Assembly: GCA_964247055.1 (NCBI GenBank)
Contig: OZ176060.1
Coordinates: forward strand, 1,240,001-1,304,000
Direction: 5' to 3'
Origin: Paragordius varius
Taxonomy: Eukaryota; Animalia; Nematomorpha
Length of the DNA stretch: 64,000 nt
In this document: piece after piece, positions 12,014 to 27,149 of the stretch
How positions within the stretch are numbered: position 1 is the stretch's first letter
Layout: each line of letters begins with the position of its first letter
Notes under the pieces: model-generated
What the model was told of the DNA's origin: nothing
Database searches by the model: none
What the model saw: only the letters and a program-made list of their open reading frames with translations
Translations under genes and position numbers: made by a program

Positions 12014-12337
12014 CCAATAACGACTAGGACCATGAGAGCCGTCCCACCACACAACATTAGGGCGGCAATCAAAACTTCAATATGGCTGCTAACAGCAGCT
12101 GATTTTCCAGGACCAGCTGGTCCGGGTGGCGTTGTCATGGTAACAGTGACAACATTAGTTAGCGTTGCAAACATTAGAGCTAGCAGAATTCGCCCAGCCA
12201 GCTGGAAATATGTTTTGGGCATGTTTCCACCCGCCCGCGGCGGACCCGCAAAAACAGCTGATCGCGCCGCAGCCCGTTCAGTTAGGGCATGATCTTCGGC
12301 CAGAATAAGGCACAGACCACCACAGACAGCTACGTTT
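12014..12337 (-). CDS. SURF4: SURF4 exon 4 (NVAVCGGLCLILAE...PKTYFQLAGRILLALMF...GTALMVLVVIG), with a loop insertion
   Basis: Matches RNLALGGGLLLLLAE, PKQYMQLGGRVLL and GTALMILVAIG; TAG acceptor, GTAAG donor, phases 2/2. Confidence 0.93.
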
Positions 12338-13815
12338 CTAAGGGGAGAATAAAATTTTAAAAACAGGTGATTAAAAAAACATGTGATTTATAGTTTTTTA
12401 AAAAAACATGTGATTTGTGAAAACAGGTGATTTAATGAGATGAATTTTTTGATATTTTTTGTTTATATATTTAATTATCGAAAAATATAAGATAATTTTT
12501 TTATAAAAATTTTATTTTTTTATTTATTTTATAAAATTTTTTAAAAAAATTTTAATTTTTCAATTAAAATTAAATGAATTTTATTTATTTTTTATAAAAA
12601 TCTCATATTTTGAAATAATTTTATTTTTTTAATGTATTTTAAAATGTAATTTTGAGATAAATTTGCTAAATAGAATATTAAATAAAAAAAGTTAAAAAAA
12701 TGCTATTTAAAATATTTTTTCATAAATTTTTTTTAAAAATTACAAGAGAAAAAATAAAAAATATTTTTATTGAATGTTTTTTTTCTGATAATAAAATTAA
12801 ATAAATAATAATATTGTTATAGATTTTATATTTATTTTTAAATTATTTAATTTATTGGAAATATTATATTTATTTATTATTTATTTTAAAAAAAAATAAT
12901 ATGATAAATATTTTAAATTAATTTTTAATAATCTAAATAAAAAAATCTAAATACTAAAGTAAAAAAACTTCAAAAAATCTCAAATCCTGACATTAAAATT
13001 AAATAAATAAAAATATTATTATAATAATATTTATATTTATTTTTAATTAAATTTAAATTTTTTATTTTAAAAATTAAAAAAAACTTTTAAATAAAATGAA
13101 TATAATAATAAATTATATACATATATATATATAATTTAATTGAATTGATAAATTTATTTATTAATAAATACATATTATTTAAGTAATAAATAATAAAATA
13201 AAAAATTTAAACTAAAAAAAATTATTAAAAAATATATATTTTCGTTATAAAACAATTTTATTTTATTAATTTTAATTTTTATAATAATTTCTTTTTTCAA
13301 AAAAAATTTATAATTATTACTTCAAATTAATTTTTTTATAGTTATTATTTTTTAAAAATAAAAAAATATTTTTTTATATTAAATTATATAATATTAAAAT
13401 TAAAAAAATATTAAAATATAAAAATATTAATAAATTTAAAAAATATTAAATTAAAATAAAATAATATAATTTTTTTTAATAATGTTAATTTTTTTATAAT
13501 TATTTACTTTTTCAAAATAAAAAAAAAATTTTTTTTCATAAAATAAACATATATAAAAATTTAATAAAAAGTAAAAATTTAAAAATAGTAATAAATCTAA
13601 ATTGAATAAAATTTTATAATAAAATATTAATAAATCTTAATAAAAAATTTAAAAACATAAATAAAGCTTAATAAAAACTTAAAAACATTAATGAATCCAA
13701 ATAAAAATTTAAAATATTATTATATTCAAATAAATATTTAAAATATTAATAAATATAATTAAAATAAAATATTTATATTTTATAAAAAAAATTAAAAATA
13801 AAAAAAACTAAAAAC

Positions 13816-13993
13816 CTTAAAAAGAATCTCAAATCCCATATAATGTTGTAAGCTATCGTTTGGAGGCAGACGATGGCAAACAAAACGCCAACAGCTGGTT
13901 TCGTGAATTTGTGCGCCAAAATTAAACCGGAAGGAATCAGCTGACCAAGAAAATTTATAAGGACAAAACACGTGCCCCAAAAATGACCAAAAC
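13816..13993 (-). CDS. SURF4: SURF4 exon 3 (GFGHFWGTCFVLINFLGQL...LQTIAYNIIWDLRFFLR)
   Basis: Matches SURF4 NLLGQL and LQTIAYSILWDLKF; AG/GT flanks, phases 1/2. Confidence 0.93.
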
Positions 13994-13999
13994 CTATTT

Positions 14000-15125
14000 T
14001 GAAATAATTTTAAAATATATTTTTATGATAAAAAATATATAAAAAACTAAAAAAATGATATTATATAAATAAATTATTTACAAAACGGCAATTTCTTATG
14101 TAAAATAGCTGTTTATATAAATAAATTCGTTGATCAGCTGATATTGCTAAATAAAATCAGACGTTTTCAGTTGACCAGGAAAGTTTATAAGGATAAAACA
14201 CGTGTCCCAAAAATGACCGAAACCTATATTTGCAAATACATTTTAATTTTAAAAAAATAAAATTTTTTTATGAAAAATGTATAAATTGTAAAAAATAATA
14301 AATTTATGAATATATTATGTAAAAAATTATAAAAAAAATTATATTTTTATTCAAAAATTAATAAAACAGCTGATTCAGTCAAAATAAGGCCCGAATGAAT
14401 CAGCTGACCAAGAAAGTTTATAGCGACAAAACACGTACCCCAAAAATGACCAAAACCTATTTAGAAAAATATATTTTAATTTTATAAAAATAAAATATTA
14501 TTTGTAATGAAATATTTTTTGTAAAAAATATAAAAAATTGTAAAAAAATAAATTAATGAATATATTATAAAAAAATTATATTTTTTGATAAAAATTTTAA
14601 AATTTATGAAAAATTCAAATTAAAAAATGTATCAGTTGACCAAGAAAGTTTATAGCGACAAAACACGTGCCAAAAAAATGACCAAAACCTATTTAGAAAG
14701 ATATATTTTAATTTTATAAAAATAAAATATTATTTGTAATGAAATATTTTTTGTAAAAAATATAAAAAATTGTAAAAAAATAAATTAATGAATATATTAT
14801 AAAAAAAATTATATATTTATTCAAAAATTAATAAAACAGCTGATTCAGTCAAAATAAGGCCCGAATAAATCAGTTGACTAAGAAAGTTTATAGTATAGCT
14901 ACAATTTAGAAAAAAATATACAATTTTTATTAATATAATAAATATATTTTTGTGAAAAAATGTAATAAAAAAATAAAAAAAGGCAAGAAAAATAAATTTT
15001 GAATATATCATGTAGAAAATTACAAAAAAAAAATTCAACAAAAATTAAATCATCTGATTCAGCAACCGGAAAGGGAATCAGCTGACCAAGAAAGTTAGTG
15101 GTAAAAAATGGCCAAAACCTTAATT
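14000..15125 (-). repeat. About five echoes of the SURF4 exon-3 acceptor plus 5' part
   Basis: TAG|GTTTTGGTCATTTT...GGTCAGCTG recurs near 14165-14230, 14400-14465, 14632-14695, 14870 (partial) and 15078-15122. Confidence 0.88.
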
Positions 15126-15199
15126 AAGGAAATAAAGAAAAATTGAAAAAAATATTTTTATGAAAAATAAAAAAGCAGCATAGATTGTAAAAAAAATTT

Positions 15200-16810
<1,611 letters not shown>

Positions 16811-18338
16811 GCTTATTTTTTAAATAAATAAAAGTAATATCTAATTTTATTATTTCTTGTTGATTTTAAATAAAATATATAATATTTATTTAATTTCCAA
16901 AAATTTATATATTCCAGAAAATTCCAAAGATAATTTCAATATAATTTTATATAAATGAAATATAATTTAAAATTTTGAAAATTATATATATATATTAATG
17001 ATTTTAATTTTAATATTTATTGTTAATATAACACAAAATATATATTTTGTATTCTTAAAAAATATTTTTATTTATTAAAAATAAAAATTTCATTATAATT
17101 TCAAGAATATATTATGTTTTATTTTTTTGCATAATTTTATATATATTTTTTAAATAAAATTTAATGTAAAAATATATGAAATATCCAATAAACTAATATT
17201 AATATATTTTATCAAAATTATTTTACATCATAATTATTAAATTGATCATTTTAATTTATTATATATTATTAAATAATTATTTAAATTTAATTATAATATA
17301 AATAAATAAAATTCGAATATAAATGAATATAACTAAAATATTGAATTATTATATATTTTTAAATTTAAAATCTAATATTGTAATCTAAACTTTTTCTATA
17401 TAATATATTTAATTCAAATTTTAAGAAATAAAAATTTTTTTTAAAGTATAATTATTTAAATATTTATATTTTATTGGGAATTTAAATAATTACAGAAAAT
17501 ATAATATAATCTGAAAATTAGATAAAAATTTAAATTTATAAAAAAATTATATTTAATTGGAAAAAAAACTCAAAGAAAATATATTCCATTTATATAAAAA
17601 ACCATTTTTTTTATATTGAAAATTATTTTATTTTGGTTTATTAATGATCAATCTAAAAATTTTTTAGAAAATTTTTAATTTATATTTTTTGTTAATATCA
17701 ATTTTCCAGAAAATACAATATTAATTTTATATAATTTATTATTTCAAACTTTTAAAGATTATTTAATTATAAAATAAAATATATTTTCCTAACTTTTGAT
17801 GTAAATTAAAAAATAGTATTTATATTAATAATTAATTGGAATTTATAAGTTATGAATAATTTATTTAAAGAAACATGATTTTTGAAGATTAAACTCTTTG
17901 AAAAAAGTATTTTTTATAAAAATTTTATAAAAATTTCTTTTAAAAATATATTACGGTTTCAAAAAGTTTTCTAATTTTAAGAATAAATACAATTAACTTT
18001 TTTAAATTGGAATAAATTTATTAATTATATTTTATTTTTTTTAAAAAAAAACTATTTTCTTAATTTTAATTGCAAAAAAATATATAAATAAAAATAAAAA
18101 GTATAACCCATTCCTAACATAACTTTTCTAGAAAATTTATATAAATTAAAATTCTTATATAAAAAATATATTGAAATATAATCATTTATTAATGGTAAAA
18201 ATTTTAAAAACTATAATTTTAAAAAATTATTTTATATTTTGATGTACTGAAAATTAAATCAAACTTTAGTCTAGAAAGTAATAATTTCACTATAAGTTTT
18301 TCTAAATTTAATTTAAAATATTTTCATTTTAATTTAAC

Positions 18339-18407
18339 TTCATCGGCGAAATCTTCTGCTTTATTCAGGAGTTGTTTTTGATTTTTCAAAAGTGTGTTTG
18401 TTGTCAT
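18339..18407 (-). CDS. SURF4: Surfeit locus protein 4 (ER cargo receptor, Erv29 family), exon 1 (MTTNTLLKNQKQLLNKAEDFADE)
   Basis: ATG at 18407, AEDFAD motif of the SURF4 N-terminus, GT donor phase 0. Confidence 0.88.
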
Positions 18408-20205
18408 CTCGCCTCTCAATTGGGACCGAACATAAAACGTGGTATGAATGACAAATGATAAATTAAAATTATATTTTTTTAAAATAAGTTTTACTTTTTT
18501 ATTAAAAAAAATATATATTAATTTTAATTATTAATTAAAAATAGGTTTTTTATTTATAAAAAAAAGCTTAAAATGAATATTTAAATAATATATATTAACA
18601 CTTGGATACAACACATTCATTTTAGTCCTTCGATTCAAATTGGGGTAGTTAAAAAGCCCAGGTCTGTTTAAAATTAAATTCTTTAAAAAATATGGGAGGA
18701 ATCGAAACCATGATTGAATTTCACACTTATAAAACATTATATAAAAAAATTTACTCAAAAATATTTGTTATTACTTATTTTAAGCTAAAATCGAAAGATA
18801 AAAATTTCGTCAACGTGACATGTGTCAAATTGTAAAATTAAAAATAATACAAATTTAACCGCCTTTCTATTTCTATCAATGTTAGATGTAATTTATATAA
18901 AAAATAAGCTTTAGTTTTACTCTTAAAAATAAATGAAGACAATATTTTGCAATTTTTTGTAAAATAAAAATGGCGTCGAAGTAGTTTGAGATGGAACTTT
19001 TTTTCAAAACAAAATTTTATCAAGATATTTTGGCATATTTATATAATTTTTATCAGGATAGAAGCATATTAAATTGGGACCGTTTCCTTCGGTAGTTTTA
19101 AAAAATTTAATTTAAATTTAGTCTGGGGAATTTAGATACCCCAATTTTTAATCGAAATGTTAATATAAATCTTGATTTAAACTGTATGTCTTTTAGATAA
19201 AAATATTTGTCTTGAGATTTTCACGTTTTGTCTGTATAATTTCAATTTTTAATGTATTTTAATGTTGGTTGTTGTTTCATTTATCTTCTTGTATTCAATA
19301 AATAAAAGCTTATATTTTTTACAGTTTTTAGTCTAGAGGCTGAAATTGGGGAGCTCCAACACGCGATTAAATTCTACTAATATTTAACCCAATTATGTGA
19401 AAATCGCATCAAAAATCTTAACACTTCATCACGTTTTTAATATTTTTCCAATTTACCTTCTGGGTAATTTAGCTCCCAAAGCCTATGGTCTTAAGTTAAC
19501 TATACTAGTTTTAAAATTCTTGTTTTATTGAACTTTGATTATCAAACATTGTACCCTGTATTATATCTGAAAACTTGGTTAATTTAGCAAAGCTTTTAGA
19601 ATTTAGAGAGTCTAGAGCCGCTCTAAAACACATGAAATATTGGAAATTTAAAATTATTTCTCAATTATGTAATAATTGCATTAAAAAATCTTAAATCAGT
19701 CCCTCTTGCATGTAATTATCTAATTTTTTGGTGATAACTAGGGTTGTTCTGACCAGGTCAAAGACCTACTAGGTCAGACCTAAGTCTGACGCTAACATAG
19801 ATAAAAGATTTTTTTTCAATTTAGGCGTTTAACTATCTATATAAAAAAGTATAATTAGGAGAGGTGGATTAGAACTTAGGGTGTATCGATACATTTATCT
19901 CTAATCAGGAGAAATACAGTAAAAATTGAAATTATACGGACAAATTTTTCATAATAACCATATAAAGCAAAGTATAAAATTGATGCGTATATTGGTTATA
20001 CAATCAATTATATTTTAAAATTTGTAATTATATTATTTATATGAATAAAAATTTATAAAAGTATGGTTGTCTTTTAGAATTTATATTTTTACTTTTTATC
20101 GGTATAATTTCAGTTTTTACCGTATTTTCAGACCCGCTTCAATATGTACAGCGGAAAGCCTCTATGAAGAGAAATCTAGAGAATTCTCACAAAAACTGTT
20201 TAGAT

Positions 20206-20497
20206 CAGTGGTTCCCAACCTTTTTTATGTTCACGCCACACCAAATTAAAATTAAAATTCTTGCCCCTCTCCCTCCGTTTTCAAAAAATCTAAGATAAAA
20301 TAAATGAAAATTTATTATAATATTATAAAAATCATCCAATTAATGAGATCCTTTTATTTTCAAATTTGAAATATTTTTACATATCGGTATAAATCTTGAT
20401 ATTCTTTAATTTGTTTTCTTTTATAATTAAATTCTCCAAATTTCCCCCTCACCCCTTAATCTTAGATTTACCTAGGCAGCCATCTTGCGAACTACTG
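20206..20497. mobile_element. hAT-type MITE
   Basis: CAGTGGTTCCCAACC...GAACTACTG ends; 8-bp flanks GTTTAGAT/GTATAGAT (7 of 8 match). Confidence 0.7.
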
Positions 20498-21964
20498 GTA
20501 TAGATAAAGATCGTTTAAACAAATAAATGATCGTTAAATATAATTTACGGCATTAAGTTGACATAACTAGAAGTGATGAAAATGATATAATAATTAATTG
20601 ATTTTTGGAATTCGTAATAATAGAAAGATTAAAATTATGGAATGTGGTTAAACAAAAATTATATTTAGCAATTTTTCTCTTCATTAATTAAGTTTTATCT
20701 TGTGTAATTTACAGAAATTCACCCTTGAACAATTCAAATTCAACGAACAATTCAAATTCACGCTAAAAATTTTGTGTTTTTTAACATTATAAACCTCAAT
20801 TTTTTTTCATATAAAAATAAACTTACGTGAAAATTACTATACTGAAAAAATAATAACCTATATCATAAAATATATCTCTTATTAATAATGAGTTATATTA
20901 AACTGCCCGAAAACACAATTTATTTTTAAATTGAATTTGAATTGTTCAAGGTTGAATTTAATTTGTTCAAGGGTGAATTTGAATTGTAAATGGTATATAT
21001 AAAACAAATTTAAAATGCCAAGTCTTATCTTATGGCTATTAATTAAAACTTGCTATAAAGCCTTATTTATGATTCTATGTAGGATCATCATTTGTAATTT
21101 AATGAGTTTTACAGTAAAAGTTGAAATTACACAGACAAAACGTAAAAACATGGAAACAAATATTTTTTTCAGTGACAACCATACTTTTTAAACTATAATT
21201 TTTCTCATATAATTTATAAAACTAAAAAATATATAATTGATTGTTTTACCGATCTACATGTCGTTTTCATATTTTGCGTTTAATACAATGATTTATTATA
21301 AAAATAAAGATTGAAAAAGGATGTTTTTTTGTAGAAAAAAAATATTTGTCCTTATTTTTTTACGTATTGTCCGTATATAATATTAAAATTTACTATAAAT
21401 AATCAGGGTATAGTTGTTAGTACTTCAAATATATTTTTTAGATTTTTTAAAACTTTCTATAATTATTTATGATTTCAGAATTTATATTTAAAAGGCTAAC
21501 GCTTGAACTGTTATAGGTCTGACCTAATGTGATGTCTAATGAATAGGATTTATGATTAAATAATTTATCGAAATAATTAAGTATTTGTTTTACAATTTAC
21601 CATTTTACAGTAAAAATTGAAACTATATGGAAGGACAAAACGTAAAATAGAAAGAATATTTTTTTCTACAAGATAACCCCATATTTTTAAATTTTGATTT
21701 TTGTTAAAGATAACTATTTGATTGTTTAAAACTGCAAAATATAAAGAAATGTAAATTGGTAGAACAATCAATTATGAACATAAAGATTGTATTTAAATAT
21801 ATTTATTAGCAATTAACAATTCCCAAAAAGTATGGGGTTGGTTGTCTTTTGAAAAAAATATTTGTCTTTATATTTGTACGTTTCTGTCCGTATAAATTGA
21901 GTTTTTGGTGTAAATATTTTTATATGGGCAAAAAAATGTTAATTTTTGTCTTTACCCTTGTATT

Positions 21965-22365
21965 CTAATGAAAATTATAAAATAATAATTTATATTCTCG
22001 TAAAATTTATTAAATTCAAACTATATCCAAAATTTTCGATACATGAGAATTCCTTTTCAATGGATTATCTAAAACAAAAGAAAATAATAATAATAAGATT
22101 ATTTAAAACAAAATTTGAAAAAATATATAATTATAAATTATGAGAACATGAAGAAAAAACAATAACATATGGACATCAGTTTGCATTTTTTTAGCATAAT
22201 TTATAATTTATATTTTTTCAAATTTTGTTTTTATTAATCTTATTATTATTTTCTTTTGTTTTAGTTAATCCATTAAAAAAGATACTCTAATGTATCGAAA
22301 ATTTTAGATATAGTTTGAATTTAATAAATTTTACGAGAATACAAATTATTATTTTAACAGAAAAT
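21965..22365. mobile_element. About 400-bp foldback element; one arm recurs at about 2750-2900
   Basis: About 180-bp arms are near-perfect inverted repeats around a short spacer. Confidence 0.7.
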
Positions 22366-22499
22366 TTTAAAAGTTTGTCTTTACAACGTTTTTAAGTAAT
22401 TTTTTGACTATATTTAACAAAGTTATATTCTTCTGGGGTGGTTTTATATCGCCAAGCGAATAATATCGGATTACAGTTTTTAATTTTAAAAAAACTTTC

Positions 22500-22880
22500 A
22501 AATTCTAAAAGAAATATAACCTCGAAAACAAAACTGCTGAGTTTAAGTTCTTTCTTAAATTATTAAGAAAACAGCTGATTACAGTCTTGAACTTTAAAAG
22601 TCACCTGACTCTTAACGAAGTAAATCTTGAGATTAAAGGACAAGTAAATCTAAAAATAAAGTTCTTTCTTAGATTTTTAAGAACAGCTGATTTCAGTCTT
22701 CAACTTTAAAACACCTGATTTTTAACGAAGTAAACCTTGAGATTAAAGAATTACTAAGTCTCAAAATATTTAAGTTCTTTCTTAAATTATTAAGAAAAAC
22801 AGCTGATTACAGTATTGAACTTTAATAGCGTCCTGACTTTTAAAGAGGTAAAACCTTAAGAATAAAAAACAGCTGGATTA
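22500..22880. repeat. About 110-120-bp tandem repeat x3-4, each with AACAGCTG
   Basis: TTCTTTCTTAAATTATTAAGAAAACAGCTGATTACAGTCTTGAACTTTAA units. Confidence 0.8.
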
Positions 22881-23959
22881 AATTTTACTAATTTTTGAGT
22901 ATGATATTCTTTAATTATGTCATTTTTGAATCAAAATATATCATATTATCATTTTAAATCATTTTATATGGACAAATAATATTTTATTTTTTATCGTCGT
23001 TCCACATTTTCTTGAATAAAAGTTATGAATTTACGCCTTTTCAATTTATTTTTGTGATTTTTTCACGCAAAAGTTTATTTTATACATATAAATTCTGAAT
23101 ATATTTAACAGATTTATGACCTTTGAGGTAGTTTTGCATACCAGAGGGATTAAAAATTTGAATATCTAAAAAAGTACTTAAGGTATTAATCTTAATTTAA
23201 AATTTCTACTTTCTTTAGCCTTTTAGGCACATTATAAAGATTTTGTAATAAAAAAAACGTCATCGCAAACTTTAAAAAAATTATTTCTGCAAAAAAATGT
23301 ATTTTATGCGAAAATATAAATAATTTATTTTAAAAAGCTTTCAGACTACATTTTACCAGCAAAAACTTGATATATTTTGGTTTTTATATCAGCTGTTGGT
23401 TCAATCGCGTTTTGAAGCTGTGCCAATTTTATACTCTAGAGATCAAAAAACTGTAAGAAATATAAGCTTTTTTATCTATTATACAGGAAAACAATATTTA
23501 ATAATTGAATTTTAACTAAAAAAACTTTCAAAAGCTAACTTTATTTACTAAATTGCGCTCTGATATATAATACAACAAACTATAACAAATGAAAAAAATG
23601 AAAAGGTAATATGTTTTAAATATTTAAATAAATACAGTTTAGAGTTTCTTTTTTTTCCCGAATTTCTTAAAGAGTTAGGATATTTCCTGCCTTAACTAAA
23701 ATAACTTTCAAAAGCTTACTTTATTTACAAAATTGCGCTCTGGTATATAAAACTACCACAAAAGTAAACTAAAATTAAAAAAAGTGAAAAGGTAATAAGT
23801 TTTAAATAAAAATTTGGATATAGTTTAATTTAATAAGTTTGATGAGAATTCAAATAATTATATTAACATAAAATATTCGTTCTCGTTGACAATATTAAAA
23901 TATACAGTTTAAAATTTATTTTTTTCCGAATTTCTTAATGAGTTAGCATACTTAAATTA

Positions 23960-24095
23960 TATCGAGGACTTGTGAAGGCTTTCGCTAGCCTGCCCAGGTC
24001 TAATTGACAGTAATAATAATTAAAACTGGGTTTCGAACTCAGGCACGCAGTTTAAAAGTCCAGACTCCTACCTTTTTAACATTACGCCTTAATAA
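23960..24095 (-). mobile_element. Possible tRNA-derived SINE relic (related piece at about 40675-40735)
   Basis: B-box-like GAGTTCGAA(A/C)CC and a weak A box; absent from the paralogous segment at about 31100. Confidence 0.35.
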
Positions 24096-24179
24096 GTATT
24101 AACTACAATGGTAAAATACGTAATTGATTTTAATATTACAGTAAAAATTGAAATTATAATTATACAGAAAAAACGTAAA

Positions 24180-24637
24180 TATACCATTTACTGTTCAAAT
24201 TCACCCTTAAACAATTCAAATTCACCCTTAAACAATTCAAATTCACCCTTAAACAATTCAAATTCACCCTTAAACAATTCAAATTCACCCTTAAACAATT
24301 CAAATTCACCCTTAAACAATTCAAATTCACCCTTAAACAATTCAAATTTACCCTTAAACAATTCAAATTCACCCTCGAACAATTCAAATTCACCCTCAAA
24401 TAAATAACATGTTTTTTAAGATTAAAAATTACCTAATATATTTTTAAAAAATAAAATTTTGTTTTAAATTAAAATGATACTGAAAAAAATAATTAATTAT
24501 ACCATAAAGATATATTTTATATTAATAATGAGTTATATTAGTTCGAAAACACATAATTTATTTTTAGGGTGAATTTGAATTGTTCAAGGGGGTGAATTTG
24601 AATTGTTCAAGGGTGAATTTGAACTGTAAATGGTATA
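24180..24637. mobile_element. 21-bp minisatellite MITE nested in a TACAGT-ended MITE
   Basis: Interrupts AAACGTAAA-TATA-AAGACAAAT of the host element at the TATA. Confidence 0.8.
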
Positions 24638-24949
24638 TATAAAGACAAATATTTTTTCTAAAAGACAACCAACCATACTTTTTGAATCTTAATAATTTAT
24701 TTTATAATTGAAGAAAAACCAAAGTTATTTTTTTTTTTAAATTTAATTATTAAAAATGTAAAATTATGAAAACAAAAACCCATCTAATTTATATTAACCC
24801 ATTTTTTTAGAGGTCTTCTTATATATACTTTACCCTTATTTGGAAAAGTTTCACAAAACTTTATTAAAATTTTTCTTAAAAATATTTTTTACGTATATAT
24901 TTTTAAACAAAATAATAATATATTTATTAATATTTTTCAATTTTTTTAT

Positions 24950-27100
24950 TTCAATTACTAAGGTTTTCCTAATTTTTTGTTTTTTTCAATTTTTTAACAA
25001 ATATTTAATTTTTGTTTAGAAATATTATATAGAAAATATATATTATTAAATAATGTATATATAAAATTTAAATTTATTAAATATTTAGGAATAAAAAATA
25101 AATTTCTTTAGCCCAGCTTTTTCAAGAGTTCCTTATTTTTTGCTTTTTCAATCTTTTTTGAAATTTAAAACTATTTTGTTATCAAAAAACCTTAATATTT
25201 TTGTATATTAAGAAATTTTATGAAATATATAATTTATAAAAAATAAATAAAAATATAAATATATATGTATATATAAATTATTTAAATTTATCAATTTATT
25301 TATTTAATATTTTTAATGAAAATTAATAATTTTCTTTAGCCCAGTTTCTTTAAGAATTTCTTATTATTTGCTTTTTCAATCTTTTTTAAATAAAATATAT
25401 ATATATATATATAAATAATTTATTTAAATTTATTAATTTTTTTATATTTTAAAATAAAAATATTCTTAGGCCAACTTCTTCAAGAGTTTATTTTTTGCTT
25501 TTTCAAACTTTTGAAATTCAAAACTTTTTTTATCAAAAAATTCTTGAACTTTTTGAAAATATTATATATTAAATAAATATATAAATAAAATAATTATTTA
25601 AATTTATTAATTTTAAATTATTTTTTGTTTTTCTAATCTTTTTTAAAATTCAAAATTTCTTTTATTGAGGTATTTTTTTATTTTTAAAAATATTTAGAAA
25701 TATATATATATATATTATATAAATTATTTAAATTTTTTTGAAATAAAATAATTTATTATTCTAATTTCTTCGAGAGTTCCTTATTTTTTGCTTTTTCAAT
25801 TTTTTTTAAAATTCAAAACATTTTTTTTGAAAAATCCTTATATTTTTAAATAATAGAATATATATAAATAAAATATATATATTAAATAAAATAAATATAT
25901 AAATTATTCAAATTTATTAATTTATTTAATATTTTTTCAAAATAAAATTAATAAATTATTTTAGCCTAGTTTCTTCAGTTCCTTAATTTTTGCTTATCAA
26001 CTTTTTTTTGAAATTCAAAACTTTTTTTATAATTCAAAACTTTTTTATTAAATAAACCCATAATATTATTTTTAAATAAAATAAATAAATATATATATAT
26101 ATATATATATATAATAAATATTTTATTTAATATTTTTTTCAAAATAAAAAAATAAATTATTTTAGCGCAGCTTTTTCAAGAGTTCCTTATTTTTTGCTTT
26201 TCAATCTTTTTTGAAATTCAAAACTTTTTTTCGAAAAATTCTTGATTTTTTTATTTTTAAACAAAATAATTATATAAATTATTCAAATTTATTAATTTAT
26301 TTTATATTTTTAAAAATAAAAAATAAATTATTCAAATTTATTAATTTTATTTAAATTTATTTTATATTTTTGAATAAAAATTAAAATTTCTTTAGCCCAG
26401 CTTTTTCAAGAGTTCCTTATTTTTTGCTCTTTCAATCTTTTTATTAAAATTCTTAAAAAACTTTTATTTAAAAATCCTTAATATTTTTCATTTTTTTATT
26501 TTAGATTTAAATATGAATATAATAAATAAATATTAATTACTTAAATTTATTATGTTATTTAATATTTAAAATAAAAAAATAAATTTTTTAGCCCAGCTAG
26601 AGTTCCTTATTTTTTGTTTATTTCAATCTTTTTTGAAACACAAAACTTTTTTTATCAAAAAATCCTTAAAATTTTTTATTTTATAATCAAATATTTTATA
26701 TTTATATATATTTATAAATAATATAAATATATATATTTAAGTTTATTGAATAATTTTTTTAATAAAAAAATAAATTGATTTATCCTAGTTTCTTCAATAG
26801 TTCTTTAATTTTTGCTTATCAACTTTTTTTTGAAATTCTAAACCTTTTTTTTATAAAAAATCCTTAATATTTTTATTTTTTAAATAATTTTATATATATA
26901 TAAACTATTTAAATATATATATATATATATATAAATTATTTAAATTTATTAATTTATTTAATAAAAATTAATAATTTTTTAGACCTTTTTCAAGAGTTCC
27001 TTATTTTTTGCTTTTTCAATCTTTTACAAAATTCAAGACTTTTTTTATTAAAAAATCCTTAAATTTTTTATTTTTTATGGAAGAATAAATTATATTTTTA

Positions 27101-27149
<49 letters not shown>

